Assembly (NCBI RefSeq): GCF_035761305.1
Contig: NZ_DASTRI010000001.1
Span: 14,150-78,149, forward strand
Length of the DNA stretch: 64,000 nucleotides
Direction of reading: 5' to 3'
Origin: Chitinophaga sp.
GTDB taxonomy: Bacteria > Bacteroidota > Bacteroidia > Chitinophagales > Chitinophagaceae
Part shown: piece after piece, positions 24,408-34,233 of the stretch
Numbering within the stretch: position 1 is the first letter of the stretch
Layout of the letters: every line of letters starts with the position of its first letter
Notes under the pieces: generated by a model
The model's input: only the letters and a program-made list of their open reading frames with translations
Told to the model about the DNA's origin: nothing
Databases searched by the model: none
Position numbers and translations under genes: made by a program

Positions 24408-27386
24408 ATGATACCTTACCGTATGATCAAGATCCGAACAGTTCAGCTGTTGCTTGGCCTGGCAACATTGCTGGGGGTACTGCAACCGGCCGGCGCGCAA
24501 AACAGGCCGTTTACCGGGGTTGTATATGACAATACCAAGGCGCCGGTTATTGGCGCCACCGTGCAGGTAAAGGGCGCCGCTACCGGCGCCACCACCAATA
24601 CCACGGGCCGGTTTACCCTGCAGGTGCCGCCCGGGGCCGATACGCTGGTAATATCCTACCTGGGCTATAACACGCAAACCGTGGGCATTGCCGGTACTGA
24701 TAATATTACCGTTACACTAATGCCAAACACCCAATCGCTGGGCGATGTGGTGGTGATAGGCTATGGTACGGCGCGTAAAAAAGAGCTTACCGGCTCCATT
24801 GCCACCGTAACCACAAAAGATTTTCAAACCGGTGTTATTACCACACCCGAGCAGCTGATTGCCGGCAAGGTAGCCGGCGTATCTGTTACCTCCAACAGCG
24901 GATCGCCGGGCGCAGGCAGCGTAATACGCATACGCGGCGGGGCCTCGCTGAACGCCAGCAACGACCCGCTGATAGTAATAGACGGGCTGCCCGTAGCCAA
25001 TACGAACATTTACGGCGCTTCTAACCCTTTAAGCCTGGTGAACCCGAATGATATTGCCAGCTTTACGGTGCTTAAAGACGCTGCTGCCACTGCCATTTAC
25101 GGCTCCAGGGCCTCTAACGGGGTAATACTTATTACCACTAAAAAAGGAGTGGCCGGCAGGCCGCAGTTCAGCTTCTCTACCCAGGTATCTGTATCGGCCC
25201 TGGCAAAAAAGGCCGACGCGCTTACCGCCGGTGAATTCCGGCAGCTGGTTGACTCGCTGGGCACCGGCCAGGTAGGCAATGTGCCTTTCAAAAGCCTGAT
25301 GGGCAGCGCCAATACCGACTGGCAAAAGGAAATATACCAAACAGGTGTTACCACGGATAATAACCTGAGCATGTCCGGCAGCCTGCCCGATATGCCCTAC
25401 CGCCTGTCATTCGGGTACCTGAACCAGGATGGCATTCTGAAAACAGATAACCTGCAGCGCATCAGCGGCGGCCTTTCCCTTACGCCCATGTTATTTAATA
25501 ATCACCTGAAGATTGATATTAACCTGAAAGGAGCCGTTAATAAAACCCGCTTTGCCAACAATGCGGCCATTAGCTCGGCGGTGTATTTTGATCCCACACA
25601 ACCGGTTTATTCCGCCGGCTCACCCTTTGGCGGCTACTATGAGTGGTATGCCAAAGATCCCAATACCGGCGATGTAACGCTTAATAAGCTGGCGCCCCGC
25701 AACCCGGTGGCCCTGCTGAACCTGTACAACAACCGCAGTACTGTTATGCGCAGCTACGGCAACATACAGTTCGACTACAAATTCCACTTTCTGCCCGACC
25801 TGCACGCCAACCTGAACCTGGGCTATGATATAGCCAAAGGAGATGGAAAAATAAACGTGCCGGCCTACGCTGCGCAGAACTTCCTGGACAGCGGGCAGCA
25901 TAACCAATATGCCAACCGCATACAGAACAAGGTGGGTGAGTTTTTCCTGAACTACAATAAAACCATACCCGCTATCAAGAGTAATTTTAACGTAACAGCA
26001 GGTTACGGGTATTACGATAACCTTTCTACCAATTATAATTACCCGTCGTTCCGCGCCAACGGCGATACCATTCCCGGCAGCGTGCCCACCTTTCCAATGG
26101 ACAAGCCCGAGAACATCCTGATCTCTTACTACGGGCGGTTAATATATACGCTCAATAACCGGTACATACTGGCGGCATCGCTGCGAACGGACGGCTCTTC
26201 CCGCTTCTCCCCTTCCACGCGCTGGGGCACTTTTCCTTCCGTAGCCTTTACCTGGCGTGCGAACCAGGAAAAATTCCTGGCAAACGCCAAAAGTCTGAGT
26301 GATCTGAAGCTGCGCCTGAGCTACGGCGTTACCGGCAACCAGGATGGTATTTATAACTACGCCTACCTGGGTGTTTACTCGCTGAGCGATAACGCATCTG
26401 CTGTGCAGTTTGGAGATAAGTATTATAACATGGGCTCACCGGCAGCGTATGACGCGGGTATTAAATGGGAGCAAACAGCTACTTACAATGCAGGGATAGA
26501 TTATGCTTTCCTGGGTAACCGTATAGGCGGCAGCGTGGATGTGTACTATAAAAAAACAAAGGACCTGCTGAACACCATCCCTATACCGGCCGGCTCTAAC
26601 TTTAGCAGCACCATTCTTACCAACGTAGGGAATATTGAGAACAAGGGCATAGAAGTACAGGTAGAGGCAACGCCGGTTACCAACAAGCAATTTACCTGGT
26701 ACCTGGCATTCAATGCGGCATACAACAACAACAAAATAACCAACCTTACCGCCACTAAAGACTCCACCTATCCCGGGTCGCTGGCAGGTACGGTGCAGAT
26801 ACACAGCGTAGGCTACAGCCCTTATGCGTTTTACGTGTACCACCAGGTGTACGATGCCGCCGGCAAACCCATTGAAGGCGTGTATGCCGATGTGAACCAC
26901 GACGGCGTTATAAACGAGCGTGACCTGTACCGCTACAAATCGCCCATTCCCAAATTCATATTCGGCTTTACCACGGAGTTCAGCTACGGCAAATGGTCGC
27001 TGCGCACCGTGCTGCGCGCCAACACCGGCAATTATATGTACAATTCCCTGGCCACCGGCGCTTCCAAGGCCAATATGTTCAATACCCTGGGCTACCTGGC
27101 CAATACCCTGTCTGAAATTACCAAAAGCAATTTCTACTACGGCCAGCAGCAGTCGGACTACTTTGTGCAGAACGCCTCTTTCCTGAAAATGGATAACCTT
27201 ACCCTTACCCGCGACTTTGGCAATATTATCGGCAACCGGGTAGGGCTGCGGGTTACAGCTGCCTGCCAGAACGTGTTTACCATTACAAAATACACAGGTA
27301 TTGACCCGGAAATATACGGCGGTATTGACAATGCCCTTTATCCCCGGCCGCGTACTTTCAGCCTGGGCGCAAACCTTCAGTTTTAA
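24408..27386 (+). CDS. susC: SusC/RagA family TonB-linked outer membrane protein
   Basis: 992 aa; carboxypeptidase-regulatory-like N-domain (FTGVVYDNTKAPVIGATVQVKG), TonB box/plug (DVVVIGYGT..KKELTGS) and C-terminal beta-barrel ending in F. Confidence 0.95.
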   Translation: MIPYRMIKIRTVQLLLGLATLLGVLQPAGAQNRPFTGVVYDNTKAPVIGATVQVKGAATGATTNTTGRFTLQVPPGADTLVISYLGYNTQTVGIAGTDNITVTLMPNTQSLGDVVVIGYGTARKKELTGSIATVTTKDFQTGVITTPEQLIAGKVAGVSVTSNSGSPGAGSVIRIRGGASLNASNDPLIVIDGLPVANTNIYGASNPLSLVNPNDIASFTVLKDAAATAIYGSRASNGVILITTKKGVAGRPQFSFSTQVSVSALAKKADALTAGEFRQLVDSLGTGQVGNVPFKSLMGSANTDWQKEIYQTGVTTDNNLSMSGSLPDMPYRLSFGYLNQDGILKTDNLQRISGGLSLTPMLFNNHLKIDINLKGAVNKTRFANNAAISSAVYFDPTQPVYSAGSPFGGYYEWYAKDPNTGDVTLNKLAPRNPVALLNLYNNRSTVMRSYGNIQFDYKFHFLPDLHANLNLGYDIAKGDGKINVPAYAAQNFLDSGQHNQYANRIQNKVGEFFLNYNKTIPAIKSNFNVTAGYGYYDNLSTNYNYPSFRANGDTIPGSVPTFPMDKPENILISYYGRLIYTLNNRYILAASLRTDGSSRFSPSTRWGTFPSVAFTWRANQEKFLANAKSLSDLKLRLSYGVTGNQDGIYNYAYLGVYSLSDNASAVQFGDKYYNMGSPAAYDAGIKWEQTATYNAGIDYAFLGNRIGGSVDVYYKKTKDLLNTIPIPAGSNFSSTILTNVGNIENKGIEVQVEATPVTNKQFTWYLAFNAAYNNNKITNLTATKDSTYPGSLAGTVQIHSVGYSPYAFYVYHQVYDAAGKPIEGVYADVNHDGVINERDLYRYKSPIPKFIFGFTTEFSYGKWSLRTVLRANTGNYMYNSLATGASKANMFNTLGYLANTLSEITKSNFYYGQQQSDYFVQNASFLKMDNLTLTRDFGNIIGNRVGLRVTAACQNVFTITKYTGIDPEIYGGIDNALYPRPRTFSLGANLQF

Positions 27387-27404
27387 CTGTTTTAAATCAC
27401 GGAT

Positions 27405-28997
27405 ATGAAAAAAACATTCGGTTTGATAATGTGTACCGTGTTAATGGGCGCCGTACTGTTCACCGGCTGCACCAAAGACCTGGACCTTAAACCACTTAAT
27501 TCCAATATAGCGGATGTACAATATGCCACGCCCCTGGGCTATAAGCAGGTACTGGCCAAAGTGTACGGCAGCTATTCGCTGGTAAGCAGCACCGGCGTGG
27601 GCAACTCTGATATAAATGTAGCAGGTATTACAGACGCCGGCACCACGGATTTCCTGCGCGCCTGGTGGAATATGCAGGAGCTGACTACGGATGAAGCCAA
27701 GTGTGCCTGGAACGATGCCAACCTGCAGGCTTTCCATAACTTCAGCTGGACCTCCAGCAATATTTTTATTAACGCGCTGTACTCGCGCTGCCTGTTTTCA
27801 ATTACCGTATGCAATGAGTTCATCCGTGAGTCAACAGATGAAAAAGTGGCCGGCCGCAATATCAGCGGCAAAGACGCCGAAGATATTAAGCACTACCGTG
27901 CAGAGGCCCGCTTTGTACGCGCTTTCCAGTATTGGGTGCTGATGGACCTGTTTGGCAAGCCGCCCTTTGTTACCGACCAGGACCCTATTGGCAAGTTTAT
28001 CCCGAAGCAGATTTCCCGGGCCGACCTGTTCGCGTACATTGAGTCCGAGCTAAAAGCTATTGACGGGGAGCTGGCAGCGCCCCGCGCCAATGAGTATGGC
28101 CGTGCCGACCAGGCAGCCGCCTGGGCCCTGCTTGCTCGCATGTACCTGAATGCGGAAGTGTATACCGGCACTGCGCATTATACAGAGGCCATTACTTATG
28201 CGGAAAAGGTGATTGGCGCCGGCTACACATTAATGCCGCATTACAAAAACCTTTTCATGGCAGATAATAACGTGAGCAACACGGAAATGATACTGCCCAT
28301 CACCTATGATGCCACGCACTCGCAGAACTATGGGGGCACCACCTTCCTGGTATGTTCGGGCCACGGCACCAATGTAGCGGATAATGCCAAAGCAGGCATA
28401 CCCGGCGGGGGCTGGAGCGGCAACCGCGCCACTAAAAACCTGCCGCAGGCATTTGGCGATTACAGCGGCAATACCGACAAGCGCGCCATGTTTGGCCTGG
28501 GCTCACTGGAAATGAATGATGTGCTGAACTTTAATGCCGGCCTGGGAGTTGCCAAGTTTAATAATATAAATACAGACGGCACCACGCCTTACTCGCCCAA
28601 CGGCGTGCTGGTAAGTGTAGACTTTCCCCTGTTTCGCCTGGCAGAAATGTACCTGGTGTACATAGAGGCGGTAAAGCGCGGCGGTGGCGGCAGCGAAGCA
28701 ACGGCCCTCACCTATTTTAACCTGTTACGTAAAAGGGCCTACGAAAATGATAACGGCGTGGTAAGCAGCCTTAGCCTTGAGGATGTGTTTAATGAAAGGC
28801 AGCGGGAACTGTACTGGGAGGGCTTTCGGCGTACGGACCTGGTACGTTTTAACCGCTTTACCACGGGCAGCTACCTGTGGCCCTGGAAAGCAGGCATAGC
28901 CGGCGGCGCAGGTGCGGATGCGCATTACAATGTATTTCCCATACCATCGTCGGAAATTATTTCCAACACCAACCTGGTGCAGAACGATAATTATTGA
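27405..28997 (+). CDS. susD: SusD/RagB family nutrient-binding outer membrane lipoprotein
   Basis: Lipobox FTGC directly after susC; RAEARFVRAFQYWVLMDLFG and LAEMYLVYIEA TPR-like SusD motifs. Confidence 0.93.
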   Translation: MKKTFGLIMCTVLMGAVLFTGCTKDLDLKPLNSNIADVQYATPLGYKQVLAKVYGSYSLVSSTGVGNSDINVAGITDAGTTDFLRAWWNMQELTTDEAKCAWNDANLQAFHNFSWTSSNIFINALYSRCLFSITVCNEFIRESTDEKVAGRNISGKDAEDIKHYRAEARFVRAFQYWVLMDLFGKPPFVTDQDPIGKFIPKQISRADLFAYIESELKAIDGELAAPRANEYGRADQAAAWALLARMYLNAEVYTGTAHYTEAITYAEKVIGAGYTLMPHYKNLFMADNNVSNTEMILPITYDATHSQNYGGTTFLVCSGHGTNVADNAKAGIPGGGWSGNRATKNLPQAFGDYSGNTDKRAMFGLGSLEMNDVLNFNAGLGVAKFNNINTDGTTPYSPNGVLVSVDFPLFRLAEMYLVYIEAVKRGGGGSEATALTYFNLLRKRAYENDNGVVSSLSLEDVFNERQRELYWEGFRRTDLVRFNRFTTGSYLWPWKAGIAGGAGADAHYNVFPIPSSEIISNTNLVQNDNY

Positions 28998-29021
28998 TCC
29001 CTTATTCAAAACGTACCCATT

Positions 29022-30131
29022 ATGCTTACATCAGGCTACCGATATATGATGCTTATGCTTTGCGTGCTGCTGGCAGCAGCTGCCTGCAAAAAAGACGGAG
29101 AACAATACACGCTGCAGCCCGGCGGCTTTTCGGGCGGGGCGCTCAGCGCCAGCAGCACCACCATTGTGCTAACCAGGGCTGCGGAAAATGATACGGCCCT
29201 TTCTTTTGCCTGGGGCGCAGCTGCTTTTGGCGGCGCTACCGTTGTGGGCTATACGCTGGAGATAGATGTGCCGGCCGATACTTCCGGCGCCAATGCCTGG
29301 GGACAGGCTAAAACATTTAATGCCGGCAACCAGCCGCAGGGCTACAGCTTTGCCGGAAAAGACCTGAATAACCTGCTGAGCGCTATGGGCCTGCCCGCAG
29401 GCGCCACCAGCCAGGTAGCAGTGCGGGTAAAGGCAGCGGTACCGCAGTATAACGGCGCCGCCTCAACGGTAACGCCGGTATATTCCAATACGCTGGTAGT
29501 AACCATTACCACCTTTAGCTCCAACCTGTATGTACCCGGCGATTACCAGGGCTGGAACCCCGGCAGCGCACCCATGTTTCCGCCCATAGAAGGCAAGGCC
29601 GGTATGTATGAGGGGTATGTGAACATGCCTGGCAGCGGCGGCCCGTACTATTTTAAGTTTACCAACTCGCCGGACTGGGACCATACCAATTATGGCGACG
29701 GCGGCAACGGCACCTTTAGCACCGATGGCAATGCAGCAGGCCTGAGCGTGCCCACGGGCGGCTACTACTACCTTACCGCCAACCTGAACACCAATCAATG
29801 GACCGCTACCGCCGTAACCTGGGGCATTATTGGCGACGCCACACCCGGCGGCTGGGATGCCGATACGCCCATGGCGTACGATGCCGCAGAGCAGGTATGG
29901 AAGGTAACCGCGCAAATGAAAAAGAACGGCTCCTTTAAGTTCAGGGCCAACAATGCCTGGGCGCTGGATTTCGGGACAGACGCCAATGGTAAGCTGGTGT
30001 ATGCAGATAATCCTTTCCTGGGCTACACGGCGGGGTTGAACAACCTGGGCGTACCGGAGGATGGTACCTACACCATACGGCTGGACCTGCACCTTTCCGG
30101 GCAGTACACCTACAGCGTTACCAAAAACTGA
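29022..30131 (+). CDS. SusE/SusF-like surface glycan-binding lipoprotein
   Basis: Lipobox AAAC; position after susD; repeated aromatic-rich beta-sandwich segments (YYFKFTNSPDWD, FKFRANNAWALDFG) resemble SusE/F starch-binding domains. Confidence 0.7.
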   Translation: MLTSGYRYMMLMLCVLLAAAACKKDGEQYTLQPGGFSGGALSASSTTIVLTRAAENDTALSFAWGAAAFGGATVVGYTLEIDVPADTSGANAWGQAKTFNAGNQPQGYSFAGKDLNNLLSAMGLPAGATSQVAVRVKAAVPQYNGAASTVTPVYSNTLVVTITTFSSNLYVPGDYQGWNPGSAPMFPPIEGKAGMYEGYVNMPGSGGPYYFKFTNSPDWDHTNYGDGGNGTFSTDGNAAGLSVPTGGYYYLTANLNTNQWTATAVTWGIIGDATPGGWDADTPMAYDAAEQVWKVTAQMKKNGSFKFRANNAWALDFGTDANGKLVYADNPFLGYTAGLNNLGVPEDGTYTIRLDLHLSGQYTYSVTKN

Positions 30132-30220
30132 GGTAAGAATGTAAGGCTATTTCCCTTATTGGATCAGGATTTTAGTATACCGTAAAAGGCAATTACACTG
30201 TAAACAGATTTTTTTAACGA

Positions 30221-31618
30221 ATGAAGCAGGCAGTTGTGAATTTTATATTGATCATTTGTACCTGGCTACTGGGCGCCTGTGGTAAAGGCGATACCACGGC
30301 GCCTTATGCGCCCCCCGTAACCACACCGGCAACAGATACCACGGTGGCCGTGCAGTACGGAACACCTTTTGCCAATGTAACCGACCCGCAGGATGCGGTT
30401 ATTTACCAGGTGAACATGCGGGTATTCAGCCAGGCCGGCAACTTTGCCGGCGTAACCGCCCGCCTGGGCGCTATTAAAGACCTGGGCGCCAATGTAGTGT
30501 ACCTGATGCCCATATTTCCCGTAGGCCAGCTGAAAGCGCTGAACTCACCCTACTGCGTAAAGGATTATTTTACCGTAAACCCGGAGTTCGGCACCGTTGC
30601 CGACCTGCGCGCGCTCGTAGATGCCGCCCACCTGCAGAACATGAGCGTAATACTGGACTGGGTAGCCAACCATACCGCCTGGGACCATTCCTGGATAAGC
30701 GCGCATAAAGACTGGTACCTGCAGGATGCGGCGGGGAATATTGTAAGTCCGCCCGGCACCGGCTGGACGGATGTTGCGCAGCTGAACTACCAGCACGCAG
30801 ACCTGCGCAAAGCCATGATAAAAGCCATGAAATACTGGGTGCTGACAGCCAACATAGACGGTTTCCGCTGCGATTACGCCGACGGACCGCCGGCAGATTT
30901 CTGGAAGCAGGCGATTGACAGCCTGCGGGGCATTACCACGCACCGGCTGATTATGATGGCGGAAGGCGGGCGTACCGCCAACTTTACCGTGGGCTTTGAT
31001 TATAATTTCGGGTTCAGCTATTTCAATACACTGAAAAATATATATGGTAAGGAGCGCCCGGTTACTGCCATTGATACCTTAAACACCAATGAATACCTCA
31101 GCGCAGGGCCCGCGCAGCGCGTGGTGCGCTATACCAGCAACCATGATGTGAACGGGTCCGATGGTACGCCGGCTGAGCTGTTCGGCGGCATTAACGGCGC
31201 AATGACTGCCTTTGTGGTAACCGCCTTTATGAAAAGCGTGCCCATGATCTATAACGGGCAGGAAGTAGCCACCGCCTACCGCCTGCTGTTTCCCTTTACC
31301 GGCGCTAAAATTGACTGGAGCGTGCACCCGGAGGTAACAGCGGAATATAAAAAGGTGCTGGCCTTCCGCAGCAGCAGCGCCGCCATAAGGCGGGGCGCGC
31401 TTACAAGCTACAGCAGCAACGACGTTTGCGCGTTTACGAAAGTACTGGGCACGGAACAGGTGCTGGTGATTGCCAACCTGCGTAACCGTACCATCACCTA
31501 TAACGTGCCGCCCGCCTTGCAGCCCGTGGCCTGGAAAGATGTTTTTACCGGCAGCTCCGCGGCATTGGGAACTTCTTTTACCCTGCAGCCCTACGCTTAT
31601 TACATTTTGAAACCATAA
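30221..31618 (+). CDS. GH13 alpha-amylase family lipoprotein
   Basis: Lipobox LGAC; GH13 regions DWVANHT, GFRCDYAD (nucleophile Asp), MMAEG (acid/base Glu), TSNHD. Confidence 0.9.
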   Translation: MKQAVVNFILIICTWLLGACGKGDTTAPYAPPVTTPATDTTVAVQYGTPFANVTDPQDAVIYQVNMRVFSQAGNFAGVTARLGAIKDLGANVVYLMPIFPVGQLKALNSPYCVKDYFTVNPEFGTVADLRALVDAAHLQNMSVILDWVANHTAWDHSWISAHKDWYLQDAAGNIVSPPGTGWTDVAQLNYQHADLRKAMIKAMKYWVLTANIDGFRCDYADGPPADFWKQAIDSLRGITTHRLIMMAEGGRTANFTVGFDYNFGFSYFNTLKNIYGKERPVTAIDTLNTNEYLSAGPAQRVVRYTSNHDVNGSDGTPAELFGGINGAMTAFVVTAFMKSVPMIYNGQEVATAYRLLFPFTGAKIDWSVHPEVTAEYKKVLAFRSSSAAIRRGALTSYSSNDVCAFTKVLGTEQVLVIANLRNRTITYNVPPALQPVAWKDVFTGSSAALGTSFTLQPYAYYILKP

Positions 31619-31642
31619 CAATAAAGAAGCACACACTCTAAA

Positions 31643-34108
31643 ATGCAAACCAGGTATTACAGCTTGCTGGCAGCCTTTATAGCTGCACAGATGGCCTTTA
31701 CACGCGCCGGCGCGCAAACACCGCCCGTGTTGGATGCGGGCAATGTAACGGCTGTGCAAAAAACAGCGCAGCAGGTAAAGATCACCACTGCGCACGCTTT
31801 TGCGGAAGTTACCGTGTACAGCGCAGGCACCATACGGGTACGTATTGATAAAAAACCACTGGCGCCCGATTTTTCCTATGCTGTTATAGCAAAGCCCGAA
31901 GCGGTAAACACGCGCATAACAGAACAGGACAAGGCAATTGTGCTGCAAACAGACTCGCTGAAAGCAGTAATTGGCAAACAGCCGTTTTCCATAGCATTCT
32001 ATACGCCCGGCGGGCAGGTGATTAACCAGGATGAAACAGGCCTGAACACCAGCTGGGTGGGCGATGCAGTTACCACCTATAAAAAGCTGCAGGAAGGAGA
32101 GCGCTTTATAGGCCTGGGAGAAAAAACCGGCAACCTGGACCGCTCCGGTACCGGCTATACGAACTGGAATTCCGATGTATTCGGCTACCAGGTAGGGCAA
32201 GACCCCATGTACGCCACCATTCCCTTTTACATAGGCATACACCATGATAAGAACTACGGGATTTTCTTTGATAACACCTATCAGAGCGACTTTAACTTTG
32301 GCGCCAGCAACAACCGCTTTTCCTCTTTTGGCGCACGTGGCGGGGAAATGAACTATTACTTTATTTACCACCGCCGGCTGGCGGATATTATTACCGCCTA
32401 CACCGCGTTAACAGGCCGTATGCACCTGCCGCCCATGTGGAGCCTGGGCTACCAGCAGAACCGCTACTCTTACTACCCCGGCACCGAAGTGCTGCGCATA
32501 GCGCAAACCCTGCGCGAGAAAAAAATACCGGCCGACGGCATTACGCTGGACATACATTACATGGACCGCTACCAGCTGTTTACCTGGGATAAGGAGCGTT
32601 TTCCCGATCCGCCGCAGCTCACCGGCGCCCTGAAGAAAATGGGTTTCCGCACCACGGTGATCGTAGACCCGGGCATTAAGGTGGAAAAAGGCGCGCCTGC
32701 CTTTGAACGCGGCCTCCAGGACAGCGTATATATTAAATATCCCGACGGGCAATACTACACCGGCCAGGTATGGCCCGGCTGGTGCCATTTCCCCGACTTC
32801 ACCGCTGAAAAGGGCCGTGCATGGTGGCGCAAAGAGGTAAAGTTTTTTGCTGATAACGGCGTAAGCGGCATCTGGAACGATATGAATGAAATAGCTACCT
32901 GGGGACAGAAAATGCCGGATAATGTGCTGTTTGATTACGATGGCATAAAAGCCAGCCACCTGCGTGCGCATAATGTGTACGGCCTGGAAATGGTGCGCGC
33001 TTCTTATGAGGGCGCGCGCGAGCATAACACAGAGCGGCCGTTTATACTTACCCGTGCCGGCTATGCCGGCCTGCAACGCTATGCCGCCATATGGACGGGC
33101 GACAACCGCTCCGAAGACAACCACATGCTGCTGGGCGTACGCCTGCTGAACAGCCTGGGCCTGAGCGGCGTACCCTTTACCGGTATGGATGTTGGCGGCT
33201 TTACCGGCAACCCTACCATAGCGCTGTACACCCGCTGGATGCAGGTAGGCGCTTTTATTCCCTACTTCCGCAATCATACCGCGCTTAACACCAAAGCATC
33301 TGAACCCTGGGCTTATGGAGAGGAGGCGCTGGAAATAGCGCGCAACTACATTAACCTGCGCTACCAGCTGCTGCCCTACCTGTACAGCACTTTTTATGAA
33401 GCCACGCAAAGCGGCCTGCCGGTAATGCGCAGCCTGGCCATTGACTATACTTTTGATCCTAAAATATATGACCCGCAATACCAGCAGCAATACCTGTTTG
33501 GCCCGGCGCTGATGGTAGCGCCTTTTGAAAGCGGAAAGGATTTTGGCCGCGTGTACCTGCCGGCCGGCCGGTGGTATGAGCTGTACACCGGCGCTGCCAC
33601 TGCAGGCAGCCGGGAGCAGATTATTCCGCTAACAATACAGCAGCTGCCGGTGTATGTAAGGGAAAGCAGCATTATACCCATGCAACCGCTGGTGCAAAAT
33701 ACCATGCAGCAGCCTGCAGATACGCTAATGCTGCATATTTACAACGGCACGGTAAAAAATACCTTTGTGTATTATGAAGATGACGGCATCAGCTTTAACT
33801 ATGAAAAAGGCGCCTTTTACAAGCGCAGCATCACCTTTGACCCTGTAGGCAAGGTGGTAGAATTTGGCAAAGCCGGCGGCAGCCTGCCTTCAAAATTCAA
33901 ATATGTAAAGCTGCTGCTGCATGGCTTTAGCGGGCAGCCTGCCTGGAAGCTGAACGGCAAAGCAATACCAATACAGGAGGAAGCCTGCTCATTCCTGCAC
34001 GGCATTTCCAAATTTGACCCGGAAAAAAGCGCCGGCAGTGTGGATGCCGACAAGGTAAGCACGTTTGTGATCGGGAATGAGGCGGGGGAGTTTTCAATAA
34101 AAATGTAA
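31643..34108 (+). CDS. GH31 alpha-glucosidase
   Basis: 821 aa; GH31 signatures GIWNDMNE (nucleophile) and IWTGDNRS, RNH; stop codon lies in the first ATGTAA unit of repeat copy C. Confidence 0.92.
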   Translation: MQTRYYSLLAAFIAAQMAFTRAGAQTPPVLDAGNVTAVQKTAQQVKITTAHAFAEVTVYSAGTIRVRIDKKPLAPDFSYAVIAKPEAVNTRITEQDKAIVLQTDSLKAVIGKQPFSIAFYTPGGQVINQDETGLNTSWVGDAVTTYKKLQEGERFIGLGEKTGNLDRSGTGYTNWNSDVFGYQVGQDPMYATIPFYIGIHHDKNYGIFFDNTYQSDFNFGASNNRFSSFGARGGEMNYYFIYHRRLADIITAYTALTGRMHLPPMWSLGYQQNRYSYYPGTEVLRIAQTLREKKIPADGITLDIHYMDRYQLFTWDKERFPDPPQLTGALKKMGFRTTVIVDPGIKVEKGAPAFERGLQDSVYIKYPDGQYYTGQVWPGWCHFPDFTAEKGRAWWRKEVKFFADNGVSGIWNDMNEIATWGQKMPDNVLFDYDGIKASHLRAHNVYGLEMVRASYEGAREHNTERPFILTRAGYAGLQRYAAIWTGDNRSEDNHMLLGVRLLNSLGLSGVPFTGMDVGGFTGNPTIALYTRWMQVGAFIPYFRNHTALNTKASEPWAYGEEALEIARNYINLRYQLLPYLYSTFYEATQSGLPVMRSLAIDYTFDPKIYDPQYQQQYLFGPALMVAPFESGKDFGRVYLPAGRWYELYTGAATAGSREQIIPLTIQQLPVYVRESSIIPMQPLVQNTMQQPADTLMLHIYNGTVKNTFVYYEDDGISFNYEKGAFYKRSITFDPVGKVVEFGKAGGSLPSKFKYVKLLLHGFSGQPAWKLNGKAIPIQEEACSFLHGISKFDPEKSAGSVDADKVSTFVIGNEAGEFSIKM

Positions 34109-34233
34109 AAGGCAAAATGTAAAATTTCAAATGTAAAAGTAAAATGCGGTGCGTAATAAGCTTACCAACGGTACCTGTTGAACACTGCCTGCGGCTTTTA
34201 CATTTGAAATTTTACATTCAATATTTTACATTC
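34102..34233. repeat. ATGTAAA-heptamer palindromic element, copy C
   Basis: Left arm AATGTAAAAGGCAAAATGTAAAATTTCAAATGTAAAAG, right arm CTTTTACATTTGAAATTTTACATTCAATATTTTACATT, core AAATGCGGTGCGTAATAAGCTTACC similar to copy A. It fills the gap between the two convergent stop codons exactly. Confidence 0.85.

Noticed and set aside
31079-33490. 430-aa and 360-aa minus-strand ORFs
   Set aside because: They are antisense to the GH13 and GH31 genes, which carry catalytic signatures. The translations are Gly/Ala/Arg/Val-rich with no motifs.
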